A stretch of 64,000 bases of DNA, taken from NCBI GenBank assembly GCA_965112735.1, contig OZ218953.1, forward strand, positions 2,418,001-2,482,000. The letters run 5' to 3'. This stretch comes from Phaeosaccion multiseriatum (taxonomy: Eukaryota; Protista; Ochrophyta, other classes). Of the stretch, positions 1 through 32,924 are shown in pieces. The position numbers and the translations under genes were made by a program. Positions within the stretch are counted from its first letter, which is position 1. Each line of letters begins with the position of its first letter. Under the pieces are notes generated by a model that saw nothing but the letters and a program-made list of their open reading frames with translations, was not told the DNA's origin and ran no database searches.

Positions 1-1
1 A

Positions 2-1592
2 GCAGGAGCAGGGAAGGCAGAAGGAGAAGAAGGTCAGCTGTCGCGCCACCTTCATCATACTCTGGGCTTTGGCGCACGCCATCCCCCTTCTTGTGCTGCT
101 GGGGCTGCTGCTGCTGGTGAACCACGCAGCTCAATCTCGTGCTCGGGTCCTGCGACTGACGAGGATGGTTCGGCTATGATAGAAGTAGTGGAGTGGGTGT
201 GCACCGAGTGCAACAGGAAGTGCATCCCGGTGAGTGTGTGCTGCTAGGGAGAGGGTCGGAGCCTGAGGAGGAGGAGGAGGTGGCGAGGGCTGTGGAGGGA
301 GAGGGGGAGTGAAGCACTATTGATCCGTTTGTGTCGCTACCGACTAAGTCAGTGAGTGTTGGAGAGTGTGCGTCTCTTGCCCGCCCATCCCCTCACCGCA
401 TTGATCTCGTGCCTGCTGGCCCCTGCAATGGTGGATGCCCGAACAGATTCGCTCCGAGTCGCGCTGCATCTGCGGCCACCGCCTCAAGGACCACCTTCCC
501 AAGCCAAAGTCTCTTCGCGCTGGCCATCATCAGCAGCAGCAGCAGCACCAGCAGCAGAAGGGGCGTCGGACAAAGCCCTGGGCCTGCACCTCTGCGGGGT
601 GTGCATGTCGCAAATTCAAGTACGTACCACTACTTACTGTGGCTCATCGTTTCGGTTCACTTTCAATGACTCTCTTGCCTGCTTCGTGGCCGATGGTGGC
701 AGACGGCTAACGCGCAAGTTGCGGTCGCTATGGTGGCGCTGTACCCGGAAGGAAGCAGTGAGAAGGCCGACCCTCCCCTCTCTCTGTCTTTCTCTCTCTC
801 TTTCTTCCTAGCCATCTCTCCCCCGCTCACACACGTCTCTCTCTGCTCTCTCTCTCTCACACATACATGTCTTTCTCTCTTTTTCTTCCTCGCCATCTCT
901 CTCACACGCGTGTCTCTCTCCCTCTCTCTCTCTTTCACACAAACACATCTCCCTCTCGCTCTCTCCCTCCCTCCCTCTCTCCCCCCTCTCTCGTTCCTTC
1001 TCACTCTCCCCCTCGCACACAAACAGGTATATAGTGGCGGAAGGAGCGTGGATCCTTCGCTGCCGGTGTAAGCACAAACACACCGATCACGACCCCAACC
1101 CGCCCCACTTGTGCCGCAAGCCGCAATGCACCACCTGCGAGGGCTTCGACTCGCCATGGGTCTGCAACTGCAACCACCCTTGGGCCTCGCACGTGCAGGT
1201 GAGTAGCGTGGCGGGGATGGCAGTGAATGGCAGGGGCGTGCCGTGGAAATCGAACCGAGAGTGGAGCGAGAGAGAGAGAGCCTGGAGAAGGGCGGAGAGA
1301 GAGAGCATCCCTGCATGCTTTTTCTTCTACGACGTGCTTAACTTGCTTGCTTGCCTTCTGACTGCTCCTCTTGTATCACTGCACTCGCCCACCCGCGTGA
1401 TACTTACTTCCATCCACTTCCATCCTCATCCTCGTCTGTCTATGCTATGCCTGCTCACCTCTCGAGCAGAAATTTGTGAAGAAGCCGCGCAGCTCCTCCT
1501 TCTTTTCAGAGGCGGACCTGTCTGACTTGGGCGGGGTGGTGGCCAGAACAGACCTGCAGGAGGCCCCTCTGGGGCTGCGCGGCAACACATGA
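2..1592 (+). CDS. FAM221A: FAM221A/B-like Cys/His-rich protein, 4 exons visible, probably 5'-truncated by the window
   Basis: Exons ~2-229, 447-619, 1027-1198 and 1470-1592 join in phase via GT-AG introns. They give EWVCTECNRKCIP/IRSESRCICGHRLKDH...CACRKFK/YIVAEGAWILRCRCKHKHTDHDP...CEGFDSPWVCNCNHPWASH, typical FAM221 motifs. The frame is open to the window edge; an ATG exists at 176. Confidence 0.8.
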
Positions 1593-1785
1593 TGGGCGAG
1601 CGAGTCTTTCGAGTGCATCAAAGTCCATCCCATCCGGCACTTATCATAAAAAGGCCGAAAAAGGCCGAAAAAGGCCGAGTGTAATTATATCATTTTCATG
1701 ATTGATGGATTAATTGTATAAAGTACCCACATGTAAGTTGACACGAGGCCGACCACCCCTCACCCACCCCCCCCTTTTACTACTT

Positions 1786-21801
<20,016 letters not shown>

Positions 21802-21990
21802 CTTGGCTAACGGCCCCTGAGGGCTCGGGTGCTGGACCCGGGGTGAGCAAATTGGGCTGAGCGATGAGCGATCCGTTAAAATTTAAATTTGTCCGATCTG
21901 TCGGTTGTCCCCACACCAAAATAAAGAAGGCTTCAAGGCCTGTCACCTCGGCCTACTCGCAATCCAGCCTCTTCGCCTTAGCTTAGGGCT

Positions 21991-22079
21991 GCAGCAAAGC
22001 AGTCGGGAGGAGGGTGGTACAGTTTGGAGAAAAGAGGAGGGTGGACTGGAGTTGAGAGCGCAGCAAAGCAGTCGGGAGG
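21991..22079. promoter_or_regulatory. 20-bp direct repeat GCAGCAAAGCAGTCGGGAGG in the EML/TauE divergent intergenic region
   Basis: Copies at 21991-22010 and 22060-22079; the regulatory role is inference only. Confidence 0.35.
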
Positions 22080-22116
22080 GGTGCGTGGCGTTTCCTTGAA
22101 AGAAAAGAAGAGGGCA

Positions 22117-23874
22117 ATGAGTCTGAGTGCTCCCGTGGAGGGAGAGTTACTGAGGATGGAGGAAGAGGTGGAGGCAGATGGGCAACAGCCGAGTCTCTTC
22201 AGCACCTCCGAGAGCAACAGCAGCAACAGTGCAGCCTCTATCACGCTTCAGCACAAGAGGAGGGCAAGGGTGGTGATGGAACGAAGAAACAGCATGGAGC
22301 CCGGGCGGCGACGCCCCGTCCTCTCCCAGGCCATGGCTGTGTGGTGCGTAAAGTACTTTTGGGAAGGCCAGAGCCTGCAGACGAAGGTTGAGAGCGCGAA
22401 GGCCGACCCTAACGCCTCCTGGGTGGCGCGCCACCGCCGCCTCGTGGCCATGTGCCTCCCTGCGTTCCTCGCCCACGTCGGCTGGTGGGCCTACATGTTC
22501 TCTAAGCAGCGTGCTGGCGGTGTTTGGAGTGTATTCTCCGAGACCTCTGGGGAGAACGACATCCCCAACTGGTACCTCACGGTGACCATGGTGTTTGGGT
22601 CCATGGTGGCCGGCGCGACGAGCGAGGGCGGGGCGGCTGTGGCGTTTCCCGTCATGACACTGCTCTTCGGTATCGCACCGGGCACCGCGAGGGACTTTAG
22701 TTACATGATCCAGGTAGATGCATGCATGACTTTCGCTGTTGCACTTTCACGCAAGGCCTAGAGCAGCCCTGTCAACCACCGTCTCTCTTGCTGCTCCTTT
22801 CCTCCCTCTCTGTATTCATTCACTCACAATTTATTTTGTATTGTTCATCACGCTTCCTCCTCCCCCCCCCTTCCTCCTCTCTCTCCCTCCTTCCCGCAGA
22901 GCGCCGGCATGACGGCGGCGTCCCTCACCATTCTCATCATGGGGATCCGCATCGAGAAGCGCGCTCTGCTGTATGGCACCATAGGAGGGGCGGCGGGCAT
23001 CGTCTTTGGGCTGGAGCAAGTGGCCCCCCGCCTAACGCCTCCGTATTCCAAAATGTACTTTGTGTGCATCTGGGCCGCCTTTGCCGTGAGCCTGTACTGG
23101 CTCAACAAGCTGCACGATCGCCCGGTCTTCGATGGCCTCCCCGGCTGGCAGGGTCGCGCGACCAACCTCTTCACCAAAAGCAACTGGTGGAGAGGCCTCG
23201 TGCTGCTCTCCTTTGGCTTTCTGGGGGGAATCTTTAGCGCCATGAGCGGTAGCGGACTCGACATTTGCTCCTTCGCCTGCCTCACCCTGCTCTTCCGCGT
23301 GTCTGAGAAAATCGCCACCCCGACAAGTGTGCTCCTCATGGCCGGAAACACCATGATCGGCTTCGCTTACCGCGAGTTTGGCATGGAGGGAGGCATCGCC
23401 AACGACGCCTGGAGCTTCTTTGTGGTGTGTGTGCCTGTGGTGGTTATGGGGGCCCCCCTGGGTGCGCTCGTGGGCAGTCACTTCCACCGCCTCGTTCTCG
23501 CCGCGGCCATCTACGTGACGGATCTGGCGCAGCTTGTGGGTGCGTTGGTGGTGGTAAGGCCATGGAGCAGTCGCAATACTGACACGCCCATACACCTGAC
23601 CGTCACGAGCGCGGCCATCCTAGTGGGGGGAGCGCTATTCTTCGGTTTGCTCGCCAAGGCGGGACAGAGGCTTTTGGTTGCGGTGGAAAGGGACGAGCCA
23701 CAGCAGCAGCAGTTGGTGATACAGCAGCAGGAGGGGCGGAGGCGACGATCAAGCGACGATGACCTAAAGGATTGTGTAGGACCCTCGGAAGGGTGGTATT
23801 GTGTTGGCGACAGGGACAAGGCTGACAGCGAGGCAGTCAGAGAGGCAGTCAGCGAGGCAGTCGAATCGGGATGA
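22117..23874 (+). CDS. Sulfite exporter TauE/SafE (TSUP) family membrane protein, 2 exons
   Basis: Exons 22117-22713 and 22900-23874. Motifs MVFGSMVAGATSEGGAAVAFPVMTL, ARDFSYMIQ/SAGMTAA, GGIFSAMSGSGLD, ATPTSVLLMA and VPVVVMGAPLG; multiple TM helices. Confidence 0.85.
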
Positions 23875-24364
23875 TGGTCGGGTGTAACCACTCCTATCCA
23901 GCCCATCAAGGGAACCATGACCACCAATGCAGCAAAGCTTGGGCGGACACGAAACATCCCTCTTGAGGTGTGCTTGCACCTGGGCGGGCCCACCGTACCT
24001 TCTCTCGGTCTTGGGTTGGGCAGGGAATGCTTGGAGGTTGCCTTCGCCCCCCCCCAACAGGAAGGGAAAGTGTAGGATCGCTCCCAGGGATTGGGTTGAC
24101 AAACAGCTCCCTGCTCACGTGCTCGCGTCGTGGACGGACAGTAGGCAGTAGGTCGGTCGTGTTGAAAGACACAACCTGTTGGTGTTTTCATTGGTTTTAT
24201 TGGCTGATACTCCGCAGTAATAGTTGGGAAGTAAATGTAAGACAAACCAGCGGAGAGGAAGGAAGTAAGGCAAGCAGCCTTGAGCCATACGCAGTGGAAT
24301 GGCACCGCTCTGGAGTACGCAGCCTTGTAGAGAACATCATCATGAACTGTTGCGCACTCATTTT

Positions 24365-27300
24365 TTAAAATTTAAATTCATGGAATACCCCCACAGCCTC
24401 CAAAGCCAGAGCAGGACGCATGTCGAGCAGGGTCTTGCGCAGCTCAGAGAAGGTGGGACGGTTCACCGCCTTGTCTGCCCAGCAGCGCTGCATCACGGCA
24501 CTATAGACGGCCTCTGGGCAGCCCTCTGGCCTCTTGAGACGGAGGCCTTGCTCGCACACCCGCTCGGCCACCATCTCATCGTCCGGGGTGGTCACAAATG
24601 GCTTCAGGCTGTAGGTCCATATCTCGCACAGCACCACCCCAAACGCCCATACGTCGGACTTCTCGCTGAACCTGCCCCTCAGCAGGGCTTCCTTGGACAG
24701 CCAGCGCTGGGCTCCGGTCTGCCCTGGTACAGAGGAAGCGAAGTAGTCCGTCAACTTGTCGAGCACCTTCGCAGGGTCGTGCGCGTCCCAGCCGTACACG
24801 AGGACGCTCCGTGCGGCGAGACTGCCGTGAACCAGCCCCTCATTGACCAAGTGCTCCATCCCCTTTCGCACCTGCATCGCCACCTCCAGCAGCACCTCGT
24901 CTGAGGCACATGCGTCGTCTCGCTCCTCCATCTCCCGCAGCACCACCCAAGAGCGAGCCGTGCGGGGCCAGCTCATGCACCAAGTAAACCCCCTCGCCCA
25001 TCAAAGTCCCCTCCTCCCCGTCAAGGTCGTCCTCCAGTCGGGCGTGTATCTCCCCCAGCAGCGGCACCAAGTGAGTGTTGCGGCCCAGCCGAAGCAGCGC
25101 CTCCTCCGACCGCAGTTTGGCTTTGGAGGGCACGGCGATCACGCTCGCGTCGCGGCCCTCCCACCTTGCCCAGTACTCCACAGCTGCCCCCCGCCGTGGT
25201 CGTGGGCCAAGGCCCCTACTTCCACCGCACGCTTTGACGGACAGAGCTGCTGCGGTGACATGGACGACACACTCACCGCATGAGAGGGTGTGGTGTTGGT
25301 GCTGGAGGTGTTGGGGGCAGCCGGGGAGGGAGAGGGCGGAGGCGCCGTCTCGAGTGGAGGGGAGCCGACTGAAAGGGACACTGCAGACATCGCTGAGGAC
25401 TGGGCCGCCGCTGCTGGTCCTTGTTGGGGTACCCACGGAGACCCACTGGAGGACCCATCAGAGGGAAGCCGCGATGGGGACAGAGCACCTCGCTCTCCTT
25501 CTCCTGTGGTGGCTGTTGGTGTCGCTGCTGCTGCTACTCTTTCTCCTCCTGCTGCTGCTGCTCCTCCTCCTCCTCCTCCACCTCCTCTTCCTGCTCCTCC
25601 TCCTCCAGTTTCTGGTACTGCTACAGTTGTACTGCTGATGCAGGTGCTGCTGGCATTGTTGGTCCTTCGCCGCATGCTCGTCCTACTTCTACTCCTCCTC
25701 CTCCTCCTCGTCGTCGTCGTTGTCGTCCAGCTTCTGGTACCGCTGCCTCTGCTTCTCCTTCTCCTTCTGCCGCTTCTGCTTCTCCTCCTGCTGCTTCCAC
25801 GGCCGCTCCAGCGCCTGCCGTTCGATTCTTCTTCCTCCGCCGGCGCCGCGAAGCCGCGGAGGGTGGCCTAGGCGAAGGGCGGGAGCAGGGACAGCAGAGA
25901 CGAGGAGGAGGAGGCGTGGCCAGAGGGCGTAGCAGGTCGTAGTAGCCCATCACGGCAATCCGCCCCATGCTCGAGCAGGAGCTTGACCACATTGAGATTG
26001 CGCCCTTCCTGCACGGCAGCGAGCAGCGGTACCAACCGTCCACATGGGGGGTATCCACCTTGACCCCGTGTGCAAGCAAGAGCTCCGCAGTCTCCGAGTG
26101 CCCGAGTCCCGCCGCCGAAAAGAGTGCCGTGCGATTTTCAACATCCTTGGCTTTGATATATCTGCTCCTTCGTCAAACAAGAACCGAATCACGTCGCAGC
26201 CTCGGTTTCTGCGCACGGTCAAAGGGAGGGGAGTCAGATTCCCCCCGCCACGGATACCCACGTCCATTCCCCGGAGTCGGAGAAGTTTCGCTGTGCCACA
26301 GAGCCCAGCGGCGACAGCATGATGCAAGAGAGAATCACCTCGACTGTCCTGTGCGTACAGATCTGCTCCTGTGTCCAGCAAAAACTCCGCCACTTGCTCG
26401 TGACCACTACGCATAGCAAGGAAGACCGGGGTTACTTCCAAATGACATTCGTCCATCCTCGCCTCCAGGTCCGCACCGTTCGTGTTCACCAGAAGCTTGA
26501 CCAAAAAAGGCCCCAGCGGTATTCGCCCATCACACAAAGGGCTGTTGCAGTGCCTGTTTTAAGGGAATCGGTGCATTTACATCGGAGCCAGCCGAGACAA
26601 GAAGGGCGGCGACCGCAGTGTGTCCACGGCCAAAAGCAAGTTGAAAGCACTTATATCCCAACTATCGAGCGCCTCTACATCCGCCCCGGCCTCAAGAAGA
26701 AGTTCGGCAACCCCAGGGTGTCCCTCCAAAGCAGCGAAATGGAGGGGCGTGGCGTTCTTGCCATCGGAGCCACTCACATTCGACCTCGGCCAAAACAGCA
26801 GTCTGACTGCCTCACAGTGCCCGAGATGAGCAGCAAGACGCAAACGATCCTGCTTCTGTCAACAGAAGCCTCGTCATTTCAGAGTTTCCCTCCATAGCTA
26901 GCGGAGCAGTGCAGCGCTGTACGATGCCCAAGGCCATGGGCATTCACGTCCGCGCCGCGCTCCAAGAGCAGCGAGCACGCCGCAGTCAGTCCTCTCGCAG
27001 TAGAGATGCAGAGCGCGGCCCATCCTTCGGTGCCTCTGAAGTCAACGTTGGCGGCGTGCTCCAAGAGGAGCCACCTCCAGGTTGTCATCCGCAACGGCCC
27101 ACTGCAAGAACGACAGCTCGTGGGGGGGTGTCCCGGTGAGATAGGTTCTCGCCTGCTCTGCCAAGTTCTCCTTCTCAGACGCGTCCTTCCCCAGTGCTAG
27201 ACAAAGCTCCAAAAGCTCCATCTGCTCCCGCGATATGTCCAGTTCTGCGGCCACGAGACACGCGGATAGGAAGGAGGGATCCGAGGGGGAGAGAGAGAGA

Positions 27301-27423
27301 GAATGAGTCGAATGCCTGCGTGCCTAAGAAAGAAAGAAAAGAGCAAAGCTCACCTTCATCATCCAATCGACCCCTCAGCTCTTCCCACGCTTTTGTAGGA
27401 CTCGCCATGGGCAGATCCCCCAT
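24365..27423 (-). pseudogene. Degenerate ankyrin-repeat + tyrosine-kinase-like protein gene with several frameshifts/stops
   Basis: Ankyrin motifs (LLLERGADVNA, TPLHFAALEGHPGVAELLLEAGADVEA, EFLLDTGADLYAQD) lie in several frames between ~27100 and ~25950. The kinase C-lobe HGSLAARSVLV...KLTDY...RWLSKEAL...FSEKSDVWAFGVVLCEI...RPTFSEL is at 24365-24950, in a different frame from its N-lobe. Putative first exon 27423-~27354. Confidence 0.75.
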
Positions 27424-27506
27424 GGAGAGAACAAAGGTTGGGATCCGAAGGGCCAAACTGAGTGATAAGATATGATGTGAGAACAACATGATCACAGGGG
27501 AAGCTA

Positions 27507-30295
27507 ATGAAATTGATGGAAAGGGAGCAGAAGGCACCAGATGAGAAGCGACAAAAGACAGCGAGAGATCAAAGGATGGAAACGACCTCGAGGGAGACGA
27601 TTGTTGAACTCTTGAGTGGCCTTGTGGACTCGGTGCCGGGCAGGTTGGCAGCCGAGGAGCGAGGAGAAGTGACCATGGCTCAGATGACAAAGAGCAGCAT
27701 GAAAAAGCAACTCAAGTGGGTCCGAAAGAAGGCCAATGCAAAGGCTTTCAGAAAGGAGAGGAGGAAGCGCGAAGGGATCAAACAGAGGTGCGTGAAGCGG
27801 GGCTACCGTGAGGAGGAGGAGAGGATAAAGCAGCATGGCAACTTTACTTTGTTTTTTGTATTTTGCTCGTGCATCCACGGTTTTCCCAACCAGGGAGAGG
27901 AAAGAACTGATTGGGGAGGATGAGTACAAGGCACAAGAAAGAGCTGCCGCCCAGAAGCTGAAAGGTAGGGAGGGGTCTGTTTACCTAAGAGAGCCGGTGC
28001 ATTGTTGAAGCGATGTTCACTTGTTGCCTCAGGTGTGGAGAGGGGGGAGAAGGGAGAAGGCATTGTCCTGCCGTGGTCTGCAAGCCCCTTTGCGTTGACC
28101 ATACGTGAATCTGAATACAGACACTTGCCGCGCACGCCCCTGTACACAGATGGAGACGCCCGCATCATTGAGGCTCTGAAGGGAGACGCAGGCACCTGCC
28201 CGCCCGCAATGAGGGTCGCCATCGACTTGTCCTTCAAAGATGTGAGCCTTGCGTTGGTGGTACAGCTGCTGAGGGTACATGTACTTGCTGTCATCGGGCC
28301 TTTTCTCCTTCCTCCTGGCCTCACCACCTTCCCATGTGCCGTCTGCCTTCTCTACCGTTGCTGCTGCTGCTGCTGCTGCTCAAGAATACGAGTCAGGAGT
28401 TCAATTCCTTGATGAAGCAGCTGAACTACACCTACGCGGCCATGCGGCGGTGCAGCATTCCCGTTAGCCTCTACTTGTGCTCATATGCGGGAGCGGTGCG
28501 TGAGCCATGGGCAGGAGAGGTTCGGGTTGGGGCAGGGGGGGGGACTCACTGACCGCACTGACATCCCGCAAAGTGAGGACCAGGCGCCTGATGATCTGCT
28601 GCCCTTCCGCTCCTCGTTCCGTTCTTTTCGTTTCCATCGTTTCTTTTGCCGCAGGCAAAGGATCAGTGTAGCAAATTCAACGTGGACAGGCGAGTATCTG
28701 AGTATTGCGGATTGAACAAAAGGCTCTACTACTTTCTCGCGGAGAAGCGAGACTAGTCCAGGTCGAAGAAAGGCGTTGCACCGCCATGTGATCCGGTTTG
28801 GCATGTCTGCTCACCATTCTACCTGCCTCATCCTTCCTACCTACCCACCTGTCTACCTACCTACCAACCTACTGCAGGTGGAACATAGGCAGATTGGCCC
28901 CCCATGTGTCGGAGGCCTTTGACAAGAGCAGTCTCGTGTACCTCAGTCCGGACAGCGAACACGTGCTGGAGGAGGTCACTCCCGACAAGGTCTACGTCAT
29001 CGGTGGAATCGTCGATAGGTGAGGGAGGGCTTAGTTTAAACTATGCTGTGCTCACGAGCTCTACAGGGGGTTTAGAGAATACTCCACTGGCTCTGTGCCA
29101 ATGTGTGAAGCCTCCTATTGTCCTTGTAGCCTGCCCGGCTTGCTTGCTTGCTTGCTTGCTTGCTTGCATACTTGCTTTGCAGCGGCAGAGTATGAGGGAG
29201 GGTATGCGCTGCGAGGGCCGGGACAGATGGCGGTCTGTGAGGCTGAGACAGAGAGGGCCAGAGTACTCCTCTCTCTCACACACACAACACACACTCACTC
29301 ACTCACTCACTCACTCACTCGTTCTTTTTTATTTGTATCCCCTCTCCTCTCTCTCTATCTCTCTCCCCCTTCCCCCCTCTCTTCGTCTCGTGTCTTTTTT
29401 GTCTCTCTGTCCCTCTCTCTGTCACCCCCATCACCTCTCTCTCTCACACTCACTCACCCACTCACTCACTCCCTGTCTCACTCCCCCCCTCCAAGGTCAA
29501 GTCATGGGCATAATTTCTCTGTGCTCGGTGTGTCTCACTATTTCGTTGTCCTTGCCCACCCCCCCGTACAAATATTCCGCGGCCGTGTATTTGCCGTGTC
29601 AGGAGCAAAAAGACGGGTATGACAAAGAACGCAGCCGCCAAGGTCGGCATCACCACGGCAAGGCTGCCGCTTCCGTCCAAGGTGGTGAGTAGGAGGTGGA
29701 GACTGTTTCTGTTTCAGTTTCAGTTTCAGTTTATCGAACCTTGTGCTGCGTCCCGCCGAGGAGGACACTGGTTATATGGTACTGTGCAGGAGATCGAAGC
29801 TACTACACGACCCTTCCACCCACACCCATCACAAACAACTCCTATCGAACGCTCCTGCCTCCCTTTTCCATTGTGCCGCCCCGCCTTCCTCGGAACCGTG
29901 CTTACCTCCGTGCTCTGCTCTCCTCCTCCTCCTCCTCCTCCTCCTCCTCCTCCTCCTCAAAGAGAGACCGCGTGCTGAACATCGACACGGCCATTATCAT
30001 GCTCATGCGCAGGGCAGAGGGCAAGGACTGGGCGGAGGTGGTCGAGGGGGTGGTGCCGATGCGCAAGATGCTGCCTCATGGCACCCCATCCAGGAGGCGC
30101 CCTCTGAAGAAGGCCAAGCTAGAAACCGAAGTAGCAGCCGCAGCACCGGTAGTAGCAACAGTAGCAACAGTGGCAGCGGCAACAGAAGAAGCAAATCCGC
30201 TTGACTCAACAGCATCCGGTGCTCCATCCGGGGAAGAGCCCAAGACAGCAGGAGCAGAAGCAGGAGCAGAAGCAACAGAAACGAGGTTCGCTTGA
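27507..30295 (+). CDS. TRMT10: tRNA (guanine-N1, position 9)-methyltransferase, TRM10/TRMT10 family; ~8 exons
   Basis: Spliced motifs RVAIDLSF, NSLMKQLNYTY, LVYLSPDSEHVLEEVTPDKVYVIGGIVDR, GITTARLPL, VLNIDT..WAEVV..VPMRK. Confidence 0.85.
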
Positions 30296-30971
30296 CTCAG
30301 CAGCCTCCTTGAAAGAGGCTGGTGGAAGTGGTCGTATCGGGGAGAGGGTGAATATGAAGGAACTTTGGGTATAGCCCTCCTTCCTTCTCGGGCGATAAGT
30401 TCAGAGACTATTGAGTACATTTTTCAGCTCTTTTACTGACTGTACAGTTTGTGACACACACTCTTGTGCTACCTTTCAAAACCGGGGCGTGCCCGAATGA
30501 ATACACACGAGGGGTCAAGGGGAAAACCCATCAAGCACCATCTCCCCATCTCCCATGACCATGTACGCTTGGACTGACGCTGTGGTGCGCCGTAGTCGCA
30601 TCGCACTGGGTCGCAATCTCTTCCTCCATCTATCCCTCACATACACACTATACATACCCCAACACCATCAACAAACACAATACTTCTACATCGCAACAAA
30701 ACCTTTCCCCGTACGCACACCCCGCTTCAGACGTCGTGGGGAGGTTGAGGCGTTACGTGGTGACTAAACAAAACATATACAAAAAGACGTCCCATGTCGG
30801 TACCGTGCGACGAGAGAAGCGCAGTGGCGCCCACGAAGCGAAGCCAAGTAGACATCGGCCGCTCGTGGTCAGTCAGACCGCCCGCTTCCTCCCTCGGTCC
30901 TCTCTGCGCGAGCAGCAGCAGACGGCAGCAGATACTGTCTCGGCTGGCTCGCTCACTCACTCACGTCATCA

Positions 30972-32650
30972 TCATTCGCTTGTGACCTCAGAAAGGTGGC
31001 CGACAATGTGCGTAATCTCGCCCGAGTCCGAGTCGTCGGACACGGGGTAACAGCGCAGGTGGTTGCGAAACACCCTGCCCTCCTTGTTGTAGTTGTTCAC
31101 AATCATGGACGCGGGGAAGCCCTGCTCGGACAGGGTGCAGAGCTTGCTGACGGTGTCCATGTCGGTTTCGGAGCCCTGCAGGATGGACAGGTTCTTGCCC
31201 TTGCACTCCTCGAGGGTGAAGCCGCACAGGTCCGTCCAGGCGTTGTTGACGTGCGTGATGCGGAAGGGACGCCGGGCGGTCGTCACCACAACCTACAAGC
31301 ATGGTGAATGGAAAATGGTTCACAATTAGGAAAGAGGCAAGGGGCATGCGGAGAGCAGTCGTGGTAGCGCAAAGAGGCGAGGGCAGCGAGCGAAAGAAAG
31401 CGTCACACAACAAACAGAACAGGGAGAGAAAGAGAGGGAAGAGAAGTGCCAACCAAACAGACTAAGGCCCTACTACGCACCTGGTGCTTTTCGTCCTTGA
31501 GGGCGGCCTCGAGAGTATTGGGTACGAGGTCGAACGACTCCTCTCCAGCAGCGCGCATGAGCTGGTGGTAAAATGCGATACCGTCGAAGCACATCTCCAG
31601 CTCCTCCAGCTGCGGGGTGAAGGGGGTGTTGCTTCCTCCTGCGGACGGCTCTTCCGAGAAGCGGGCGCGGAGGATGCCGCTCTGTTCGACCTCGCAGGCG
31701 GCGCCACACTCCATGGCGTCCTGTGGGTGTGGGGAGGAGAACAATGGGGGCATGTCAAGACTGGAGGCAAAGGAAGGCACCTCGAGTGAACACAAGATAA
31801 CACATCAGCCACCACAGACACACAGACACACACACACACACACACCTTGGAGCGCATGACGAAGTTACATGTGAAACCGGTGGAGTTGAAGTAGCAGGTC
31901 GACGTGTCGCAGCCAAGCAGGTACTCCAGCTGCACTCGGGTCTCCATCGTTCGCTTCTTCTTGCCCAACAGGTCGCACATGACCATGAGCGAGGCAATGT
32001 CGCTGCACATGCCCTCCACGCCGAGCAAGACGCGACGGTTGTTCACGACGTCGAGGATGTTGAAGGAGCGGTACGGCGTCACGGGAAGGGTCAAGGTAAA
32101 GTCCTCGCTGAGGAGGGCTCCCCACTGGTCTTCGTCCATCACGCCCTGGGCCCGCATGTTCATCACCTTGCTCAAAATCTCAATCCACTTGAAGTGTCGG
32201 GCGGACTCCTTGTCCTCCCTCTCCTGGTGCTGTTTTTCCAGGGCGTTCTTCTGCTCGGTCAGGGTCTTGAGCTGCGACTGGAGATCTTCAAGGTAGGCTC
32301 TCTTCCTCTCTCTGGTGTTCCGCGCGTGCATGCGGTTGCGTTCGCGGCAATCCTTGCGGCTCTGCTGTTTATCTTCTGGAGACGCTTTCCCGGCAAGCTT
32401 CTGCCGCTTGGGGCAGCCGCGATTCTCGACGAATCTCTGCGATCACAGCAGAGAAGCAGGCAGACATCGGCAGTAAAGTAAGAAGGGGTACCGGGGGTGC
32501 GGCGGGGGGGGGGGGGGGGGGGGGACCCGCGCGTGTGGTGTTTGGCGGACGGTAGGGGGGGGTTGAAGTCAAATGTAGCGAACAGCAGAGAAAAACAGCA
32601 TGTACCTGCTCCCCTTGCCCCAGCTCCATCGCGGCGGTAGAGTAATCCAT
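30972..32650 (-). CDS. bZIP + central conserved domain + C-terminal PAS (LOV-like) transcription factor, 4 exons
   Basis: Exons ~32650-32606, 32436-31846, 31721-31481 and 31292-30972. Basic region CRERNRMHARNTRERKRAYLEDL plus leucine heptads; central LTLPVTPYRSF; PAS PFRITHVNNAWTDLCGFTLEECKGKNLSILQGSETD...NYNKEGRVFRNHLRCYP. Confidence 0.85.
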
Positions 32651-32924
32651 AGCGATGCTTTCCTTTGTAGTGGAGATGAAAAAAGAGGAGACTGAGGAAA
32701 GGCAAATAGTGGGCGAGAGCCAGCGGTGGGACGGGGGGGCAGCCTTTATTGACTTAATAGAGGCGGAGGGGGGGCTGGGAAAAAAGTGAGTGTTGGTTGT
32801 TCGGACTCACAGTTGGCGAGTCCCTCATGAAAAAGAAAAGCCGTATAGCGCGACAAGAAGACGCCGCGAGGATGAGGCGGTGCGGTCGGCCATGCTAAGC
32901 AGCCACCGGGGACTGAAGTAAGGG

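Noticed and set aside
1649-1678. (AAAAAGGCCG)x3 between convergent genes
   Set aside because: Short slippage repeat with no further support for a function.
30972-32650. Calling the gene an aureochrome
   Set aside because: Lacks the NCRFLQ cysteine and has an extra central domain.
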